Origin: Rhodospirillales bacterium
GTDB taxonomy: Bacteria; Vulcanimicrobiota; Vulcanimicrobiia; Vulcanimicrobiales; Vulcanimicrobiaceae
Direction of reading: 5' to 3'
NCBI GenBank assembly: GCA_043743145.1
Contig: JAYTXC010000067.1
Coordinates: 1-50,251 of the forward strand
Length of the DNA stretch: 50,251 nucleotides
Below the pieces are notes generated by a model, which saw nothing but the letters and a program-made list of their open reading frames with translations, did no database searches and had not been told where the DNA came from. How positions within the stretch are numbered: position 1 is the stretch's first letter; each line of letters opens with the position of its first letter. This document shows, in pieces, positions 17,708 to 27,609 of the stretch. A program made the translations under genes and the position numbers.

Positions 17708-19669
17708 TTACGCGCCCGTGAGGGTTTTACTCGATGTGCTTCCGATCGAGCGCGGGATCGCTGCGACTTTGCGGCGCTTCACCGGACGGTTAATCGTGAT
17801 GACGGCACGTGCATGACTGCCACCGTCGTGGCGACGCGTCGCCCCGAATTCAGCCGCGAGCGCGCGAACGATGAAGAGGCCGCGCCCCGATTCCGCGAAC
17901 GTGTCGGCGGGAAGATGCGGCGCATGGGTGAAGCCGCGGCCGCGGTCGAGAACGCTGAGCACCGGAAGCGCGCCCGAAGCGTCGAGCACGACTTCGCACG
18001 ATCCCGGAGCGTGCCGCACGACGTTCCCGACGAGTTCGCTAAAGATCATGTTCGCGTCGTTGAGTTGCGCTTCGTTCGCACCCGCCGCGACCAGGGCTGC
18101 GGAAATCGACGCGTGCGTTTCGTGCGCGGCCGCGCGATCGTCAGAACGAAACGTGAACCGGCGAAAGCGCGAATCGCCATCATCACGATCGCAGTCGAGT
18201 GCGAGAATCGCGACGTCGTCGGTCGCGCCGTTGGGGAGCACGAGCGCCGCGAGACGATCGGCTGCGGGAATCGTCGACGGCACGCCGACGCGCGCCACAG
18301 CATCGCGCAAACGTCGTTCGCCCGCCACGAAGTCGTGTGTCGATTCGACGAGCCCGTCGGTGTAGAGTGCGAGAAACGATCCCGCGACGAGAACGATCGC
18401 GCGTGCCTCGGTGTCGCCTTTGCGCCGCACACCGAGCGGCAATCCGGGAGCGGCGAGTTCGACCACGCTCCCATCGGGAAGCCGTACGAAAGGCGTCGGA
18501 TGCCCCGCAAGTGCGTACGTGAGCACGCGCGTCACGGGATCGAAAACGCCGACGAACGCCGTCACCATGCGATCCGATGCGTCTTCACGAAGCGTCCGAT
18601 CGGCCGCTTCTAAGATCGCGATCGGATCGGCGAGGATTTGCGCGGCGCCGCGCATCGCCTGGCGCATCGCGACCATCGTGATCGCAGCTGCGAGGCCACT
18701 CCCTGCAACGTCGCCGATCGAAATGACCACCCGCCCGTCGAGCAATCGTAACGCATCGTACCAATCGCCTCCGACCGCCGCTTCGCGTTTGCCCGCACGG
18801 TAAAGTGCCGAAAACGTCAGCCCCGGAACGTCGGGAAGACGCGCGGGTAACGACGCGCGTTGAAACGCTTCGGAGACACGATGTGCGACGGCAAACCGCG
18901 CTTCGAGATTCGCTTGCTGGACCTTATGATCGTCGATATCCGTGCACGTCCCGAACCAATGGACGATCTCGCCGCCGGGATCGCGAAGGGGTGCGGCGCG
19001 CGCGAGGAACCAGCGATACACGCCCTCTTTTCCGCGCAGACGCATCTCGATCTCGTACGTGATGCCTTCTTCGAGCCCGGCTGCCCACTGTTCGCGCACA
19101 CGGGCCACATCTTCGGGCGAAATCACGTCCCAAAAGGCGGTCGAACCGCGCAGCAGATCGTCGCTCGCGAGACCCGTATACGCAATCCACGCCTCGTTGA
19201 CATACTCCATCGCGCCCGTGGCATCGGCGCGCCAGACGAGTTGTGGAATCGCTTCGGCAATCGCCGCGAAATTGCGTTCGCGCATCGCCGAGCCTTCGCT
19301 CGCAATCGCGCGGAGACGATCCGCGTTCTCATCCGCGATCCGTAGCGAATCGGCACGATGCGATCGGCGTAAGAACTCGTCGTAGCGTTCCACGGCGACG
19401 AAAACGATCGTGGAGATGATCGCGAGGACGAGCGTTTCGATCGCGACCGTTTGCCATGCGCCACCATGCGGCACGCGTCGCTCGGCGACTGCGAGAAAGA
19501 CGGCCACGACGACGCCAATGACGACGGCCGCACGCAACCCGTACGCGCGCGCGAGCAAGACGAGAGGGACGATCTGGGCGTACACCAGATGGAGCGACGG
19601 CATGACGGCATCGAGCGCCGCGAGCGCGACGCCGAGGGCGATCGCGAGAGCGGCGGTTTTAGCTCGCAT
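17708..19669 (-). CDS. Membrane sensor: TM region - PAS - PP2C/SpoIIE phosphatase - RsbW/SpoIIAB-like HATPase kinase domain
   Basis: N-terminal TM helices. PAS: IPQLVWRADATGAMEYVNEAW...YRWFLARAAPLRD. PP2C: VGGDWYDAL...GDVAGSGLAAA...LYTDGLVE. C-terminal HATPase: ELVGNVVRHAPG...VLDRGRGF...GRGLFIVRALA. The start is set at ATG 19669, inside the last codons of ddl. The track start at 19750 would overlap ddl by 92 nt. Confidence 0.8.
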   Translation of the reverse strand: MRAKTAALAIALGVALAALDAVMPSLHLVYAQIVPLVLLARAYGLRAAVVIGVVVAVFLAVAERRVPHGGAWQTVAIETLVLAIISTIVFVAVERYDEFLRRSHRADSLRIADENADRLRAIASEGSAMRERNFAAIAEAIPQLVWRADATGAMEYVNEAWIAYTGLASDDLLRGSTAFWDVISPEDVARVREQWAAGLEEGITYEIEMRLRGKEGVYRWFLARAAPLRDPGGEIVHWFGTCTDIDDHKVQQANLEARFAVAHRVSEAFQRASLPARLPDVPGLTFSALYRAGKREAAVGGDWYDALRLLDGRVVISIGDVAGSGLAAAITMVAMRQAMRGAAQILADPIAILEAADRTLREDASDRMVTAFVGVFDPVTRVLTYALAGHPTPFVRLPDGSVVELAAPGLPLGVRRKGDTEARAIVLVAGSFLALYTDGLVESTHDFVAGERRLRDAVARVGVPSTIPAADRLAALVLPNGATDDVAILALDCDRDDGDSRFRRFTFRSDDRAAAHETHASISAALVAAGANEAQLNDANMIFSELVGNVVRHAPGSCEVVLDASGALPVLSVLDRGRGFTHAPHLPADTFAESGRGLFIVRALAAEFGATRRHDGGSHARAVITINRPVKRRKVAAIPRSIGSTSSKTLTGA

Positions 19670-20594
19670 CCACGAGCGCACGGCCGCGATCGAGCGCGGC
19701 GCGCGCCAAGCGCTCGACGAGCGCGTCGAACGATATTCCGGCCGCCGCACAGACCTCGGGAAAGAGACTCGTCGGCGTCATGCCAGGCAGCGAATTGATC
19801 TCGAGAATATACGGCCGCCCCGTTGCCGTCACGATGAAATCGGTGCGCGAATAATCGCGCAAACCGAGCATGCGGTGCGTCGAGAGCGCGAGCATTTGCA
19901 GGCGATGCGCGAGGTCATCGTCGATGCGCGCAGGCGTTTCATGGCGGCTCCCGCCCGATGAATACTTCGCGTCGTAATCGTAAAATTCGGAGTTCTGCGG
20001 GATGATCTCGACGATGGGGAGCGCCGCGCCGAAGAGCACGCCGCAGCCGAATTCACGACCGGGCACGAATTCTTCTGCGAGAATCGTCGAGCGACTGATG
20101 GAGAGATCGAGCATCGCGCGCGACCATTCTTCGTGCGTGCGCACGATCGAGACACCCGTACTCGAACCTTCGGCGCGCGGCTTGACGACGAGCGGAAGAT
20201 TGAGCGATCCCGGCAAGAGCGGCAACGTGCCGCCATCGAAATCGAAGGTATCCCAGGCGGGCGTCGGAAGGCCCTCGGCCGAGAGTAACTTTTTGGTTAA
20301 GTGCTTGTCCATCGAGATCGCACACGACCGGAGATCGCTCCCCGTATAGGGCACGTGGAGCCAATCGAGCACGCCTTGAATCGTGCCGTCTTCGCCGCCC
20401 GCACCGTGGAGCGCGTTGAAGACGACATCGGGCTCGAGCTCGCCGATCGCACGCGCGAAGTTTGCATCGAAATCCAGCGTCCGAACGTCGTATCCCAAGC
20501 GCTCGAGTGCGGCTGCGATGCCGCGACCGCTCGCAATCGAGACCTCGCGCTCGGTACTGGGACCGCCCATCACGACCGCGACGCGCGCCTTCAT
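19659..20594 (-). CDS. ddl: D-alanine--D-alanine ligase
   Basis: Motifs VAVVMGGPSTEREVSIASG, HGAGGEDGTIQGVLD and EINSLPGMT. ATGA overlap with the murB stop. Confidence 0.92.
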   Translation of the reverse strand: MKARVAVVMGGPSTEREVSIASGRGIAAALERLGYDVRTLDFDANFARAIGELEPDVVFNALHGAGGEDGTIQGVLDWLHVPYTGSDLRSCAISMDKHLTKKLLSAEGLPTPAWDTFDFDGGTLPLLPGSLNLPLVVKPRAEGSSTGVSIVRTHEEWSRAMLDLSISRSTILAEEFVPGREFGCGVLFGAALPIVEIIPQNSEFYDYDAKYSSGGSRHETPARIDDDLAHRLQMLALSTHRMLGLRDYSRTDFIVTATGRPYILEINSLPGMTPTSLFPEVCAAAGISFDALVERLARAALDRGRALVDAS

Positions 20595-21538
20595 ACGAAC
20601 GCTCCCACGAAATGGACTTCGAGTTCGAGTTCGACACCGAAGCGTTCCGCAACCGAGCGTCGCACGCGCGCGAGCAACGCCGCCGTTTCGGCTGCCGTCG
20701 CACCACCGCGATTGACGATAAAATTCGCGTGCATCTCCGAGACCTCCGCGCCGCCTTCGCGCAACCCCTTGCAGCCCGCGGCCTCGATCAATCGGCCCGC
20801 TTTATCGCCCGACGGATTACGAAAACACGACCCGGCGCTCGGATACTGTAGTGGTTGTGAATTCTTGCGGCGAACGAGCCGTTTTTGCAGGACCTCGCGC
20901 ACCGTTGCGGGCTCGCCACGTTCGAAATGCAGCGTCGCATGCGTCACCACCGCGTCACGCGCGAGCGTCGTGTGGCGATAGAAATATTGCGGCGTAACCG
21001 CATGTGTCTCCGGCTTCGCGGGCGTCTGCACCGAGACGTCGCGCACGAACTCCCCGAACTCGCGGTCCGTGCCCGCGTTCATGCGTAAACTGCCACCGAC
21101 GCTTCCCGGAATTCCAGCGAGCGAATCGATGCCGATCGCTCCGAGCGACGCGCCTTGCGCGACGACGAGCGGGAGCGACGCCGACGCGCCCGCCACGATC
21201 GTTACGCCGTCGTCTTCGTTGCGAGCCTCGATGCGCGCGAATTCCCCCGCGAGCCGGATGACGATCCCGCGAATGCCGCCATCGCCGACGAGCAGATTCG
21301 ACCCGCTGCCGAGCACGAACCACGGCAACGTTCGCTTGAAAGCGAGGCGCAGAATCGTGGCGAGTTCGGCGCTCGTTTCGACGACGCACAATGCATCGGC
21401 CGGGCCGCCGATCTTCCAATACGTGTGCGGTGCGAGCGGCGCATCGAAGCTCGCGCGATCGCCGAGCGTCTGAGCGAGCAGCGTGCGGTCGGCATCGCAG
21501 AGGACGCTCGCGCGTGCGCAGATCTCCGTGAGACTCAT
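20591..21538 (-). CDS. murB: UDP-N-acetylenolpyruvoylglucosamine reductase
   Basis: Motifs HTYWKIGGPADAL, GSGSNLLV and CFRNPSG. ATGA overlap with the murC stop. Confidence 0.9.
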   Translation of the reverse strand: MSLTEICARASVLCDADRTLLAQTLGDRASFDAPLAPHTYWKIGGPADALCVVETSAELATILRLAFKRTLPWFVLGSGSNLLVGDGGIRGIVIRLAGEFARIEARNEDDGVTIVAGASASLPLVVAQGASLGAIGIDSLAGIPGSVGGSLRMNAGTDREFGEFVRDVSVQTPAKPETHAVTPQYFYRHTTLARDAVVTHATLHFERGEPATVREVLQKRLVRRKNSQPLQYPSAGSCFRNPSGDKAGRLIEAAGCKGLREGGAEVSEMHANFIVNRGGATAAETAALLARVRRSVAERFGVELELEVHFVGAFV

Positions 21539-22938
21539 GGCGCGCTCGCAGGAGCAACACGCGGTTCGATCGCGCGCGCGAGTCGCGCCGCAGCAGCCGT
21601 AATCGATCCCGCACCGAGCATGAGCACGAGCGCGCCCTGCGGTGCGTGCGCGAGCAACTCCGCCTCGAGATCCTCGACCTTCGCATACGCGACCTCGCAG
21701 CCGAGCCTCGCGAGCGGTGCGCCGATGGTCTTCGCATCGACGCCCGGAATCGGCGCTTCCGATGCGGCGTAAATGTCGGTGAGCACGACGCGATCGGCGC
21801 CACGGAGCGCGCGTGCGAAATCGTTTCCGAGATAGCGCGTGCGCGTATAGCGATGCGGTTGGAACGCGACGACGATCGGGCCGTCGAAATTCGCGCGTGC
21901 TGCCGCGATCGTCGCTTCGACGGCGGTTGGGTGATGCGCGTAATCGTCGACGACCGTCATCCGGTCGCCGCGCGTGAGAATTTCGAAGCGACGCCGCACG
22001 CCGCGAAATCCCGCGAGGGCGTTCGCGATCGTTTCGAACGGCACGCGCAGTTCGAGTCCGACGGCGATCGCGGCGAGCGCGTTTTCAATATTGATCGCAC
22101 CGGGCACGTCGAGAACGACCGTCCCTGCCGGCACGCCGCGCACGAGCACGTCAAACGTCGATCCAAAATCGGCATAGTACGGATGCGCGGCGCGGATATC
22201 GGCATCTTCAGCGAATCCAAACGTCGTGGTCGTTGCGGCGTGCGCGGTGCCGGCGAGCGCGGCCGCGCGCGGTTCGTCGGTCCCGATCACGAGCCGACCG
22301 TGTGCGGGCACGCGAGCGACAAACGTTTCGAATGCCGCAACGAGCTCGGGAAGATCGGCATCGCTCTCGATGTGATCGTTCTCGATATTCGTGACGATCG
22401 CGATCTCGGGATCGAGGCCGAGAAACGATCGATCCGACTCGTCGGCTTCGCTCACGAACCACACGCCCGACCCGTCACGGGCATTCGTTTTTGTATCGAC
22501 GCGTTCGCCGCCGACGACGACCGTTGGATCGCAGCCACCGCCTTCGAGGACGCGCGCGATCATCGCCGTGGTCGTCGTCTTCCCATGCGTTCCCGCAACC
22601 GCGATGCCGCGGCGTTGCGCCATGAGTTGCGCGAGAAGGGCACCGCGATGGAGAATCGGGATGCCGCGTTCGCGCGCGTCGAGCAGTTCGGGATTGTGGT
22701 CGTCGATCGCGGTGCTGATGACGATCGACGTCGCACCCGCGCAGTGACCGGCCGCATGACCGATCGCGATCTGCGCGCCTTCGGCGGCGAGCGCGTCGGT
22801 GAGCGTCGTTCGTCGATCCGACGAGCCACTTACCGTGACACCGCGCGCCAAGAGGATGCGAGCGAGCCCCGACATGCCGATGCCGCTAATGCCCACGAAA
22901 TGTACGCGGGCGCTGGCGTCGCCCGTCGGTATTCTCAC
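21535..22938 (-). CDS. murC: UDP-N-acetylmuramate--L-alanine ligase
   Basis: Motifs VHFVGISGIGMSGLA and GTHGKTTTT. The preferred start is GTG 22938, overlapping the murG stop (GTGA). The track start is 22965. Confidence 0.9.
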   Translation of the reverse strand: MRIPTGDASARVHFVGISGIGMSGLARILLARGVTVSGSSDRRTTLTDALAAEGAQIAIGHAAGHCAGATSIVISTAIDDHNPELLDARERGIPILHRGALLAQLMAQRRGIAVAGTHGKTTTTAMIARVLEGGGCDPTVVVGGERVDTKTNARDGSGVWFVSEADESDRSFLGLDPEIAIVTNIENDHIESDADLPELVAAFETFVARVPAHGRLVIGTDEPRAAALAGTAHAATTTTFGFAEDADIRAAHPYYADFGSTFDVLVRGVPAGTVVLDVPGAINIENALAAIAVGLELRVPFETIANALAGFRGVRRRFEILTRGDRMTVVDDYAHHPTAVEATIAAARANFDGPIVVAFQPHRYTRTRYLGNDFARALRGADRVVLTDIYAASEAPIPGVDAKTIGAPLARLGCEVAYAKVEDLEAELLAHAPQGALVLMLGAGSITAAAARLARAIEPRVAPASAP

Positions 22939-24056
22939 GAGGGGGCCGCTTTCGAAATCGACCACGCATTTACCCGTGCGACGATGGTCGTGCGTGGATC
23001 GACGGCCGAGGCGCGTTCCGCGGCCGCGCGCATCGCCGCAAGCGCCGTGGGCTCGAGCGCCGCCGCGAGTTCTGCCCGCAAACGCACCGCATCGAGGTCG
23101 CGATCGGCCACGACGCGCGCGCCACCGCCCGCCGCATACGCGCGGGCGTTGTGCGCTTGGTGATCGGCCGTCGCGAAGGGATAGGGCACCAAGAGCGCCG
23201 GCGTCGCGGTCGCCGCGAGTTCACCGAGGGTCGATGCGCCCGCGCGCGCCAGCACGAGGTCGGCCGCCGCATACGCGCTGCGCGGGTCGTCGAGATAGGC
23301 AAGGACCGTCGCATCCGCGCGGCCCGCAAGGCGACGCGCGAGCACGGCAAAATCGCGGTCCCCCGCAAGAACGAGCATATGTACTCCATCGGCGACGCCC
23401 GCCTCGATGTAACCTGCGACGGCTTCGTTGATGGAGCGCGCGCCCTGGCTGCCACCGATCACGACGACGATCGTCGCCGTAGCGGGCAGGCCGAGTGTCG
23501 CGCGCGCATCGGATTTCGCGAGCGGCCGTCGCATCGACGAACGCACCGGAATGCCGACGACGAACTCCCCTCGGCGGAGTGCGCGAGCACTCGGTGGGAT
23601 CGCATACCAAACCTCATCGACGAGCGGCGCGACGAGTCGGTTCGTCAAGCCCGCCGCCGCATTGGGTTCGAGCACCGCAATCCGCGCGCGCGAACGTCCG
23701 AGCGCGCGCACGAGCCGCATCGCCGCGACGACGGGAAGCGAAACGTAGCCGCCCGTCGCGATCACGATATCGGGTTGGAGCCGGTGCAAGACGCGTAGCG
23801 CATCGATCACGCCGAGCACGTTGGTCGCAAGCGTCCCCACGAGCGACAAGCTCATTTTCCGCGCGAGCGGCGCGGCACGCACCGTATACAACGGGAGTCC
23901 CGCAGCGGGGACGATTCGCGCTTCGAGGCCGCCACGCGTCCCGATGAAATTTACGGCGAACGGCGCGAACGCGGGTTCGGTTGCGAATGCCTCGGCGATC
24001 GCAAGTGCGGGGTACACATGGCCGCCGGTCCCGCCACCCGTGAGCACGAGACGCAC
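22935..24056 (-). CDS. murG: UDP-GlcNAc:undecaprenyl-PP-MurNAc-pentapeptide GlcNAc transferase
   Basis: The LTGGGTGGHVYPALA motif lies near the N-terminus. The preferred start is GTG 24056, 13 nt after the ftsW stop. The track start TTG 24119 would overlap ftsW by 50 nt. Confidence 0.88.
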   Translation of the reverse strand: MRLVLTGGGTGGHVYPALAIAEAFATEPAFAPFAVNFIGTRGGLEARIVPAAGLPLYTVRAAPLARKMSLSLVGTLATNVLGVIDALRVLHRLQPDIVIATGGYVSLPVVAAMRLVRALGRSRARIAVLEPNAAAGLTNRLVAPLVDEVWYAIPPSARALRRGEFVVGIPVRSSMRRPLAKSDARATLGLPATATIVVVIGGSQGARSINEAVAGYIEAGVADGVHMLVLAGDRDFAVLARRLAGRADATVLAYLDDPRSAYAAADLVLARAGASTLGELAATATPALLVPYPFATADHQAHNARAYAAGGGARVVADRDLDAVRLRAELAAALEPTALAAMRAAAERASAVDPRTTIVARVNAWSISKAAPS

Positions 24057-24069
24057 GAACGCCCGCGCG

Positions 24070-25233
24070 CTATCGCGCCGCGATGGGCGTGTACTCGTAC
24101 GGTCGGCGCACGTCGCCAACCGCGTATGCCGACTCGCGCGCGATGCGGGAGCGGCCGACGTTGACGATGAGCGCGACCGCGGTTAGCGACGTCACGAGCG
24201 ACGTGCCCCCAAACGAGATGAACGGCAACGGAACGCCCGTTACGGGCCACGACGACGAGACGACGCCGAGGTTGACGAACGCTTGAATCACGATGAGCGC
24301 CATGCACCCGATGCAGAGAAAAAACCCGAACCGATCGGGTGCGGCGAGCGCGATGCGCACCGCGCGATAGGCGAAGATCACGAAGAGTGCGACGATTGCG
24401 GCCATGCCCGCAAAGCCCGTCTCCTCACCGATGATCGAACCGATAAAATCGGTGTGCGCCTCAGGTAGCCAAAAGAATTTTTGGTGCGAGAAACCGAGCC
24501 CGACGCCGAACCAGCCACCGCTGCCGAGCGCCATCAACGACTGTACGATGTGAAAACCCTTATCTTGTGGATCCTTCCACGGATCCATAAACGCGACGAC
24601 GCGCGCGAGCTTGTACGGATCGTGGCGGATCAAGAGAATCGCGGGCGGCATGACGGCCGCAAAAATCATCAGCAGATGGACCACGCGCGCGCCCGCGACA
24701 AAAAAGAGTGTCGCCGCCGTAAACGCGAGCAGACTCGCGGTGCCGAAGTCGGGCTGTTTGATGACGAGCATCGCCATCACAGCCGTCACGAGTGCGAGCG
24801 GAAAGAGGCCGCGTACGAGCGATCTGATACGATCGCCTTTCGTCGCGAGCGCCGCCGAAAGATACAGGACCAAAGCGAGTTTCGCAAACTCCGATGGTTC
24901 GAATTGGATCGGGCCCACGCCGAGCCAACGGGATGCGCCGCCCGCAATCACGCCGACGTGCGGCACGAGCACGAGTGCGAGTGCGACGATGCTCGCGCCA
25001 AGCGCCCACGGCGCGACCACACGGAGCTTGCGGTAATCGATCCGATAGGCCACGTAGGCGACGGCGAGCGCGACGACGAGCCACATCATCTGCCGTTTGA
25101 GAAAGTATCCCGCATCGTGTTGCAGCGCGACCGCGTACGCACTCGACGCGCTGAAGATCATCACGAGACCGATCGTGACGAGCGCTGCGATCGCACCGAC
25201 GAGCACGGTATCGGGCGCCTCGCGTTTACCCAT
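24070..25233 (-). CDS. ftsW: FtsW/RodA/SpoVE-family peptidoglycan polymerase (division type by position)
   Basis: Polytopic membrane protein with LVMIFSASS and PEAHTDFIGSIIGEETG motifs. It lies between murD and murG. Start is ATG 25233 or GTG 25239. Confidence 0.88.
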   Translation of the reverse strand: MGKREAPDTVLVGAIAALVTIGLVMIFSASSAYAVALQHDAGYFLKRQMMWLVVALAVAYVAYRIDYRKLRVVAPWALGASIVALALVLVPHVGVIAGGASRWLGVGPIQFEPSEFAKLALVLYLSAALATKGDRIRSLVRGLFPLALVTAVMAMLVIKQPDFGTASLLAFTAATLFFVAGARVVHLLMIFAAVMPPAILLIRHDPYKLARVVAFMDPWKDPQDKGFHIVQSLMALGSGGWFGVGLGFSHQKFFWLPEAHTDFIGSIIGEETGFAGMAAIVALFVIFAYRAVRIALAAPDRFGFFLCIGCMALIVIQAFVNLGVVSSSWPVTGVPLPFISFGGTSLVTSLTAVALIVNVGRSRIARESAYAVGDVRRPYEYTPIAAR

Positions 25234-26623
25234 GCGCACCGAGCTCTACCGCAGCGGCCTGCGCGAAGGCGTCGCCGCGTGCTTCGGCCGAGGCGAACAT
25301 GTCGAACGACGCGCAGCCGGGCGAAAGAAGCACGACATCGCCCGGGGCCGCGATCGACCGCGCGACCGCGACGGCGTGCTCCATCGACGTTGCGCGTTGC
25401 GTCGGGACGTTGCCGATCACGGCCGCGATCTCATCCGCTGCTTCACCGATGAGTACGACGGCTTTGGCATGTTTTGCAATCGCGGAACCCATCGCGCGAA
25501 AATCCGTGCGTTTCGATTTTCCACCGGCGACGAGAACGATCGGTTGGTCGAACGATGCGAGCGCCGCGACCACGGAGCCCGGATTCGTCGATTTCGAATC
25601 GTCGACGAATGTGACGCCATCGGCAACTGCGACGCGCTGCAAGCGGTGCGGCAGCGCGACGAAATCACCGACTGCCGCCCGCAGTGCGGCCGGATCGAGA
25701 TCGGCTGCGAGACCGATCGCGAGCGCCGCGAGCACGTTTGCGACGTTGTGCGCGCCGAGCAACGGTATTTCCGAGACCGGCATGATCTCGATCGGACGCG
25801 GGTCGCCCGTCGGCGGCGCGTAGACGATGCGCCCTTGGCGGACGTAGATCGTCGCCGCGCGGTTCGGCGCCATCGCAAACCACGTCGCGCGCGCGTTGAG
25901 TCGCTTCGCCGATTCGCCCGCGCAAAGTTCGGCGACGATCGGGTCGTCGAGATTGCCGACGAACGTATCGGTCGCCGATTGATTCGCGAAGATGCGGAAT
26001 TTCGCTTCGCTATATTCATCCATCGAGTGGTAGCGATCGAGATGATCGGGTGAGAGATTGATGATCGCGGAGATTTTCGGTTTGAACGACCGGATCGATT
26101 CGAGCTGGAACGACGATACCTCCGCGATGACCCAGTCGCCCGCAGCGGCGACGAAGGTCTCGTTGATGAGAGCGTTTCCGATATTCCCGCCGACGTGCGT
26201 CGTCTTGCCCGCGCGGCGGAACATCGCACCGACGAGCGCCGTCGTCGTCGTCTTGCCTTTGGTACCCGTGATCGCGACCATCGGCGCCTTGCAGATTCGG
26301 TACGCGACCTCGATCTCGGAGTAGACCGAGATCCGTGCAGCCTGCACGCGTCGGACGAGATCGATGTTGAGCGGAACGCCGGGCGACACCACGCACGCCG
26401 TGAGTTGCGGCAACACGCGATCGATCTCGGCGGGATCGACGAACTCCACGGCATTCGCATCGAGTTCGGCAATCGTTTTCGCGAGCGCTTCGCGTGGCTT
26501 TTCGTCGGTCGCGAAGACGGTCGCGCCGCGCGCACGCAAGACCGCACAGCTCGCGATGCCGCTCCGACCGAGGCCGATCACGAGCACGCGTTCGCGCGGA
26601 TCGAAGGTCCCGGTAACGTTCAT
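25226..26623 (-). CDS. murD: UDP-N-acetylmuramoylalanine--D-glutamate ligase
   Basis: Motifs VLVIGLGRSGIA and TGTKGKTTTT. ATG 26623 overlaps the mraY stop (ATGA). The track start 26701 is an extension. Confidence 0.9.
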   Translation of the reverse strand: MNVTGTFDPRERVLVIGLGRSGIASCAVLRARGATVFATDEKPREALAKTIAELDANAVEFVDPAEIDRVLPQLTACVVSPGVPLNIDLVRRVQAARISVYSEIEVAYRICKAPMVAITGTKGKTTTTALVGAMFRRAGKTTHVGGNIGNALINETFVAAAGDWVIAEVSSFQLESIRSFKPKISAIINLSPDHLDRYHSMDEYSEAKFRIFANQSATDTFVGNLDDPIVAELCAGESAKRLNARATWFAMAPNRAATIYVRQGRIVYAPPTGDPRPIEIMPVSEIPLLGAHNVANVLAALAIGLAADLDPAALRAAVGDFVALPHRLQRVAVADGVTFVDDSKSTNPGSVVAALASFDQPIVLVAGGKSKRTDFRAMGSAIAKHAKAVVLIGEAADEIAAVIGNVPTQRATSMEHAVAVARSIAAPGDVVLLSPGCASFDMFASAEARGDAFAQAAAVELGAHG

Positions 26624-27609
26624 CGGACGATCGCCAATCCGACGAGCGAGAGGATCGCCGACGCGGTCCAGAAGCGCGCGGTGACTTTCGTCTCGGGCCA
26701 ACCGCCGAGTTCGAAATGATGGTGCAACGGGCTCATGCGAAATATCCGTTTGTGCGTGCGCTTAAAGTAAAGGACTTGAATGATAACCGAGAGCGCTTCG
26801 GCGACGAAGACGCCGCCGATGAGCGGGAGCAGAAGGTGCGTACCGGTTAAAACGACGCTTCCCGCAAGGACGCCTCCCAAAAGAAGCGCGCCCGTATCGC
26901 CCATGAACAGGCGTGCGGGGTGAACGTTGTAGACGAGGAAACTGCCGAGCGACGCCATCACGGCAACGTCGACGAACGCGACGCCGCGAGCACCCATCTG
27001 CCAACTGAAAAATGCAAGGACGGCGAGCGGCGGAAGCATCGTGCCGCCCGCGAGCCCATCGAGCCCATCGGTGAGGTTTACGGCGTGCGTCGTCGCGAGA
27101 ATGACGAGCAGGCCCAAGCCGAACCAAATCACATACGGCACGACGAGATGCGCGTTGCCCGCAGAGGCTGCGGTCGCGAAGATCGTGCCCGGCTCGAACG
27201 TCCCGTCGCGGCGCGCGCCGAATGTCGCGAGCGCGAGGAATGCGATGCCGACCGCGATCGTTGCCGCGAACTTCGAGCGCGGGCTCAGGCCCCGATTCTT
27301 GCCGCGGCGGATTGACGTGTAATCGTCGATGAATCCGACGAGCCCGCATCCGAGGCCGAGCACGGCGAGCGAGAAGGTCGCGAAGTCGGGATGGATGATC
27401 GCAGCGGCAACGAGCGCGATGACGAAGAGCACGCCGCCCATCGTGGGCGTGCCGCTCTTGATCGCATGCGTTTTCGGCGCGTCTTCGTAAGCGTGCTGTT
27501 TGAACGATACCCGGCGGAGCAGCTCGATCAGCGGCCGCACGACGATACTGCTCAAGCTCGCGACGATAACCGCGGTCCATACGAGCGAGTTGCTCGAAAA
27601 GACATTCAT
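26620..27609 (-). CDS. mraY: Phospho-N-acetylmuramoyl-pentapeptide transferase
   Basis: Polytopic membrane protein with motifs TPTMGG, NLTDGLDGLAGG, FMGDTGALLLGG and PLHHHFE. Confidence 0.92.
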   Translation of the reverse strand: MNVFSSNSLVWTAVIVASLSSIVVRPLIELLRRVSFKQHAYEDAPKTHAIKSGTPTMGGVLFVIALVAAAIIHPDFATFSLAVLGLGCGLVGFIDDYTSIRRGKNRGLSPRSKFAATIAVGIAFLALATFGARRDGTFEPGTIFATAASAGNAHLVVPYVIWFGLGLLVILATTHAVNLTDGLDGLAGGTMLPPLAVLAFFSWQMGARGVAFVDVAVMASLGSFLVYNVHPARLFMGDTGALLLGGVLAGSVVLTGTHLLLPLIGGVFVAEALSVIIQVLYFKRTHKRIFRMSPLHHHFELGGWPETKVTARFWTASAILSLVGLAIVR

